A stretch of DNA of 63,879 nucleotides, filler included, from Aduncisulcus paluster (lineage: Eukaryota), in the NCBI GenBank assembly GCA_024181965.1. It is 35 parts of 35 records of this genome, joined end to end, with 100 filler letters (N's around TTAATTAATTAA, not from the genome) between each part and the next. Parts side by side here need not be neighbours in the genome. Positions count along the whole stretch, not along the records: positions 59,273 to 63,879 come from BQXS01010287.1; 34 more parts are not named here. One strand, given 5' to 3'. Below, in pieces: positions 60,037 through 63,879 of this stretch (the stretch's first letter is position 1; every line of letters starts with the position of its first letter). The translations under genes and the position numbers were made by a program. Under the pieces are notes generated by a model. The model made no database searches. It saw nothing but the letters and a program-made list of their open reading frames with translations, and had not been told where the DNA came from.

Positions 60037-61326
60037 GTGGCACCTACCAAGCACTCCACCTTCTCGGCTTCTAGCGCCGCCCGCCTTCTGGCGTGCCCCG
60101 GCAGCTACAAGCTGGGGATGCTCGCGGACGACGGCACTCGAAAGAGTTCCGTCTACTCCGCCCAAGGGACGCTCGCCCACTCTGTAAGCGAGGTTTGCGT
60201 CTACACGGGAAAGAACCCGGCGGACTTCATCGGGGAAACAAAGTCCGCCGACGGGTTCTCTTTCACCATTGACGAGGAATTCGCGGAAGCGGCCTCGGTC
60301 TATGTTGATACTCTGCGCGGACTTCGCGCGATGGGCTACGTGCTCTCGCTCGAAAACCGCGTGTCCCCGCAAGTGCATTGGGAGGGGCTTGCCCCTCTCG
60401 ACGTCGAACTGTTCGGCACGTCCGACTGCATCGCCTACAACCCGGTCACGAAAGACCTCGTGATCGCGGACCTCAAGTTCGGGGCGGGCATCCCGGTCGA
60501 GGCGGACGCGAACCCGCAACTGCTCTACTACGCAGCCGGATCGTGCCACCCGGACGTGCTGGACGGGATTTGTGCTGCCGCCGGTGTAGGTTTTGCAGGA
60601 GTGCAAAACATACAACTGATTGTGGTCCAGCCGCGTGCATATCACGCGCTCGGCCCGGTCCGCCGCGCCAGCTACACCTACAACGAAGTCCGCGATTGGG
60701 CGCGCGGGCCGCTCTACTACGGCGTCGAACGCGCGCTGCAAGACGAAGGCAAGACGCTCTGCGACGGCAAGCACTGTCGCTTCTGCCCGGTGCTGGCGTC
60801 CTGCGACAAGCCGCGTGAGACGGCTTTCAACACCGCCCGCGCCGCGTTCATGAACGCGCCGCTTGAGAACATTCCCGCACCCGACGAGCCGGGCGCGGCG
60901 CTGCCTGACGTCCACCTGTCCGACGACAAGTTGGGCGACCTCTTGGACAAGATCGAAATCATCGCCCCTTGGCTGGACGCGGTGAAACGGCTGGCCCTTG
61001 AGCGCGCCCAAGCGAACCGCACCGTGCCCGGCTGGAAGCTGGTGCCGAAGCGGGCGCTGCGGAAGTGGGCGGACGAGGATCAGGACGCGATGATGGACGC
61101 GCTGCGCGCCGACGGCGTGGACGTGGACCTTATCAGCGAAGCCAAGCTGCTCTCCCCGGCGCAGGCCGAAAAGAAGCTGGGCAAAAAGGAATACGCCGCG
61201 CGGATCGCTCCGCACGTCGTCAAGAATTCGAGCGGCGCGACGCTCGCCCCCGAGGGTGATCCGCGTGCCCGCATCAAGCAACGCTCCGCCGCCGAAGCCT
61301 TCGGCGCGGCAAGCAAGACCCCGTGA
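60037..61326 (+). CDS. DUF2800 Cas4-like PD-(D/E)XK exonuclease
   Basis: HSTFSASSAARLLACPGS, GTLAH, FGTSDC, DLKFGAG, NPQLLYY, HCRFCP…C, PGWKLV, LLSPAQAEK. Confidence 0.92.
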   Translation: MAPTKHSTFSASSAARLLACPGSYKLGMLADDGTRKSSVYSAQGTLAHSVSEVCVYTGKNPADFIGETKSADGFSFTIDEEFAEAASVYVDTLRGLRAMGYVLSLENRVSPQVHWEGLAPLDVELFGTSDCIAYNPVTKDLVIADLKFGAGIPVEADANPQLLYYAAGSCHPDVLDGICAAAGVGFAGVQNIQLIVVQPRAYHALGPVRRASYTYNEVRDWARGPLYYGVERALQDEGKTLCDGKHCRFCPVLASCDKPRETAFNTARAAFMNAPLENIPAPDEPGAALPDVHLSDDKLGDLLDKIEIIAPWLDAVKRLALERAQANRTVPGWKLVPKRALRKWADEDQDAMMDALRADGVDVDLISEAKLLSPAQAEKKLGKKEYAARIAPHVVKNSSGATLAPEGDPRARIKQRSAAEAFGAASKTP

Positions 61327-61337
61327 AGGAGGGACAC

Positions 61338-61643
61338 ATGAAGCTGATCGGCAAAATCAAGGCCCGCGTCCGGGCGCGCCTGCGGCGCATCCACGGCGAC
61401 CAACCTCGGGCGGTGAAAACTACCCGGTTTATTACCGCCGAAGACCTGTGGCGGAAGTCCTATCGTATCTCGAACCCGGAGCCTGCAAGGGCAGGGGCCA
61501 AGCGCGCCGCCAAGCGCCTCGCGGACGTCCGCAAGAACCATCCGAAATCGGACCCCAACCGGCCCGCCACCCGGCAACAGGAACGCGCTCTGCTGCGCCG
61601 CCTGCGCAAGTCGGGTTCCTACACCGCCCGCCTCTCCGTCTGA
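61338..61643 (+). CDS. Basic hypothetical phage protein
   Basis: AGGAGG upstream of the ATG at 61338. Confidence 0.65.
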   Translation: MKLIGKIKARVRARLRRIHGDQPRAVKTTRFITAEDLWRKSYRISNPEPARAGAKRAAKRLADVRKNHPKSDPNRPATRQQERALLRRLRKSGSYTARLSV

Positions 61644-61655
61644 AAGGAATAGACC

Positions 61656-61958
61656 ATGAGCAAAGACGAAGCTGCTATTGAAGCCGAAATCCAAGAGAAG
61701 GGCCTGACCGCCCCGCGCATCACCGCGCAAGACGTGAACGACGAAATCGTCTCGGCGGAATACCACGTCTTCCCCGGATCGTGCCTGACGGTCTGCTGCC
61801 TCACCCTCAAGAACGGCTTTACCGTGACCGGAGAAAGCGCCTGCGTTCACCCCGCGAACTTCAACGCGGACCTTGGCCGTCGCATCGCGCACGAAAACGC
61901 CCGCAACAAGATTTGGGTGCTGCTCGGCTTCCGGCTGCGCGACAAACTCGTCGCCTGA
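61656..61958 (+). CDS. Phage Gp49-like protein
   Basis: APRIT…LTVCCLTLKNGFTVTGESACVHPANFNADLGRRIA…KIWVLLGF. Confidence 0.9.
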   Translation: MSKDEAAIEAEIQEKGLTAPRITAQDVNDEIVSAEYHVFPGSCLTVCCLTLKNGFTVTGESACVHPANFNADLGRRIAHENARNKIWVLLGFRLRDKLVA

Positions 61959-62039
61959 TCTTCCCCTTTTTTAGCCGTTTTGTAGGTTTTGTTGGCCTAC
62001 TAAAACGCGCCCCGACTGCCACATGAAAGGCTAACACCA

Positions 62040-62672
62040 ATGGCAAACACTACCCTGACCCCCATCGGCACGATCTGCTTCCCTGCTCTGTTCGAGCCGA
62101 AGAAGAACAAGCAGAACCCGACGGCGAACGCTCGCTATTCGCTGATCCTGCTGTTCGATGATACCGCCACCCAGACCACCGCGTATCAAGACCTGCGCAA
62201 GATGGTCCACGCGGCCATCGAAGAAAAGTGGGGCGCGGCCAAGGCGGCGGACCCGGCGTTCGTGCGCTCGCTCCGCCTGCCGTTCCGCAACGCGTCCGAA
62301 AAGGACTACAACGGCTTCGACAAGGGCACGATCTACATTTCCCCGTGGTCCAACGGCGAGGGTCCGCACGCATCGCGCCCGGACGTCGTGAACCTGCACG
62401 GCGACAAGATCGTGGTTCCCGAAGACGTGTGGGCGGGCCAGCTTGGCCGCGCCTCGGTCCGTGCCTTCGGCTACGACAGCAACGGCAACAAGGGCGTGGC
62501 CCTTGGGCTTGAGCACGTCCAGATCGTGAAGGCCGATTGCGAGCGTCTGGACGGCAAGCAGTCCGCCGACAAGGCGTTCGCGGGCGCGGACAACTCCCAG
62601 CTTGCGGCCCTCGGGATCGACCCGAACGCCACGTCCGGCGGCGGCGCGTCCAACGACGACTTCCCGTTCTGA
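62040..62672 (+). CDS. DUF2815 phage ssDNA-binding protein
   Basis: FPALFEP, YSLILLF, LPFRN, GNKGVALGLEHVQ, and an acidic tail ending DDFPF. Confidence 0.9.
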   Translation: MANTTLTPIGTICFPALFEPKKNKQNPTANARYSLILLFDDTATQTTAYQDLRKMVHAAIEEKWGAAKAADPAFVRSLRLPFRNASEKDYNGFDKGTIYISPWSNGEGPHASRPDVVNLHGDKIVVPEDVWAGQLGRASVRAFGYDSNGNKGVALGLEHVQIVKADCERLDGKQSADKAFAGADNSQLAALGIDPNATSGGGASNDDFPF

Positions 62673-62680
62673 TCGGGCTT

Positions 62681-62711
62681 CGGGCCGGGGTTCACGCCCC
62701 GGCCCGTTTTT
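62681..62711 (+). terminator. Rho-independent terminator
   Basis: CGGGCCGGGG-ttcacg-CCCCGGCCCG followed by TTTTT. Confidence 0.88.
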
Positions 62712-62728
62712 CACCCGGAGCCTCACCC

Positions 62729-62935
62729 ATGACTGAACACGAAGCGCACAAGGCGGCGTCGGCCATTCGGACCTATTGGGCCTCTCTCGGCCACTCGGTC
62801 GCGGTTCGCGTCGTCCGTTACCCGAGCGGCACCCACGCCCCTTCGACTTGGGGTGTGGAAACCGACCTCCGCAACGGCCTGCCGCGCGACGCGGACGGCA
62901 CCACCCTCCGCAAGATCGAGGAACGACTGAAATGA
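62729..62935 (+). CDS. Small hypothetical phage protein
   Basis: GGAG upstream; the stop overlaps the next ATG (ATGA). Confidence 0.6.
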   Translation: MTEHEAHKAASAIRTYWASLGHSVAVRVVRYPSGTHAPSTWGVETDLRNGLPRDADGTTLRKIEERLK

Positions 62936-63327
62936 CCACCGACCCCGGCAATCTCGTGTCCGGCTACAAGGCCGACGAGGACAAGGTTCGCATGGACCTG
63001 CTGCCCCCCGAATTCCTGTTCGCTACCGCCCAAGTCCTGACCTTCGGCGCGAACAAATACGCCGCCCGGAATTGGGAGAAGGGCATGAAATGGTCGCGCC
63101 CCTTCGGCGCGATGATGCGCCACATGTGGGCGTGGTGGGCCGGACGTGGCCCGACCAACAAATCCTTTCTTTTCGGTGACTTGGACCCCGAAACGAACAT
63201 GTCGCACCTGTGGCACGCCGCCTGCTGCGTCGCCTTCCTGATCTCTTACGAAGCGCGCGGCATGTCCGCGTGGGACGACCGCTTTACCGGGCCGGATGAA
63301 GTTCAGCCCGCAACCCCTCGGCAATAA
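62932..63327 (+). CDS. DUF5664-type dATP/dGTP diphosphohydrolase-domain protein
   Basis: KADEDKVRMDLLPP…VLTFGANKYAARNWEKG…AMMRH…DPETNMSHLWHAACC…DDR. Confidence 0.88.
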   Translation: MTTDPGNLVSGYKADEDKVRMDLLPPEFLFATAQVLTFGANKYAARNWEKGMKWSRPFGAMMRHMWAWWAGRGPTNKSFLFGDLDPETNMSHLWHAACCVAFLISYEARGMSAWDDRFTGPDEVQPATPRQ

Positions 63328-63339
63328 AGGAAAAATCAA

Positions 63340-63630
63340 ATGTCTGACCTGCTCGAAAACATGCCTATCGAAAGTGTCCAGCGCGTCCGCCTCGACAGCT
63401 TCTGGCGTCAAGCTGCGGTCCAACTCGGCTTCGCCCCGGACGAAAGCGACATGGAGCTGACCCAATCGCAAATGGTCAACATCATGTCCGTGATGTTCAC
63501 CGCCGCGCTTGAATTGCAGCGGCAATTCAATCTGCCCGAACAGGCCCGCGCGATGGCGTTCGCCGCCGCCCTCTACAACCTCGAAAACCGTGACCAGATC
63601 ACGGAAGCGGCAAAGCGGAAGGTGAACTGA
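63340..63630 (+). CDS. Hypothetical phage protein
   Basis: AAGG upstream; in operon. Confidence 0.7.
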   Translation: MSDLLENMPIESVQRVRLDSFWRQAAVQLGFAPDESDMELTQSQMVNIMSVMFTAALELQRQFNLPEQARAMAFAAALYNLENRDQITEAAKRKVN

Positions 63631-63879
63631 TGCTTGGTCCGCGCAAAGAGGCTTTGGCCTATCGCATCTGGGGCGTCTGCGACCCTATCGGCTGGGACTG
63701 CACCGTCCACGAAATCGCGGCGGCTCTCGGGGAGAACTGGCGGCGCGTCAACCTCGTGCTGAACGAAAAGGGTTGGAGCAACCGCATCCGGGCAACCCCG
63801 GCGAAGAAGCCCGCCTACCGCTACGAAGACGTCGCGGACGCGATCAAGACGCACTTCGGGGTCATGCCCGACAAGTGGG
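63630..63879 (+). CDS. Putative HTH protein (3' partial; not in the ORF track)
   Basis: TGATG overlap; MLGPRKEALAYRIW…CTVHEIAAALGENWRRVNLVL. Confidence 0.65.
   Translation, partial: MLGPRKEALAYRIWGVCDPIGWDCTVHEIAAALGENWRRVNLVLNEKGWSNRIRATPAKKPAYRYEDVADAIKTHFGVMPDKW

Larger units (their letters stand above)
59273..63879 (+). mobile_element. GC-rich bacteriophage/prophage replication module, foreign to the eukaryotic contigs
   Basis: Abrupt GC rise, Shine-Dalgarno motifs, overlapping start/stop codons, co-oriented phage genes. Confidence 0.92.

Noticed and set aside
60037-61326. Cas4-like gene as part of a CRISPR-Cas locus
   Set aside because: No array or other cas genes; it sits in a standard phage DUF2800/DUF2815 context.
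59394-63854. Long minus-strand ORFs over the phage genes
   Set aside because: Antisense shadows expected in high-GC coding DNA; no motifs recognised.

Overview
This window is not contiguous DNA. It is 35 short contigs (about 1.1-5.5 kb) joined by artificial 100-nt N-TTAATTAATTAA-N linkers, so the '...XXXLIN' ORF ends are artefacts and adjacency across linkers has no meaning. Most of contigs 1-34 (1-59172) come from a flagellated microbial eukaryote. Evidence: GTATGT...AG spliceosomal introns, tRNA-Val(AAC) and tRNA-Ala(AGC) with Pol III T-runs, an outer dynein arm docking protein, and ADA2, MLF, TYW1, midasin-like and TTC27-like genes. A free-living fornicate/metamonad is my guess from gene style, not a result. 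These contigs are rich in Ty3/Gypsy retrotransposon pieces and in two expanded families: an unnamed ~150-200 aa domain repeated one-per-exon, and LRR/EGF cysteine-rich proteins. The last contig (59273-63879) is a GC-rich bacteriophage replication module. The most interesting signal is that two LTR families on one contig carry a perfect 12-14 bp palindrome exactly where the tRNA primer-binding site should be, and the same motif lies upstream of a gag on a second contig; this suggests tRNA-independent priming. Other leads: a four-level nested LTR cluster with 98-bp LTRs, a candidate 3-nt microexon, a bacterial-type Rpn nuclease among the eukaryotic contigs, a CAC-terminated element carrying an OTU-like gene inserted in a Gypsy pol, and an operator-like motif inside a phage gene.
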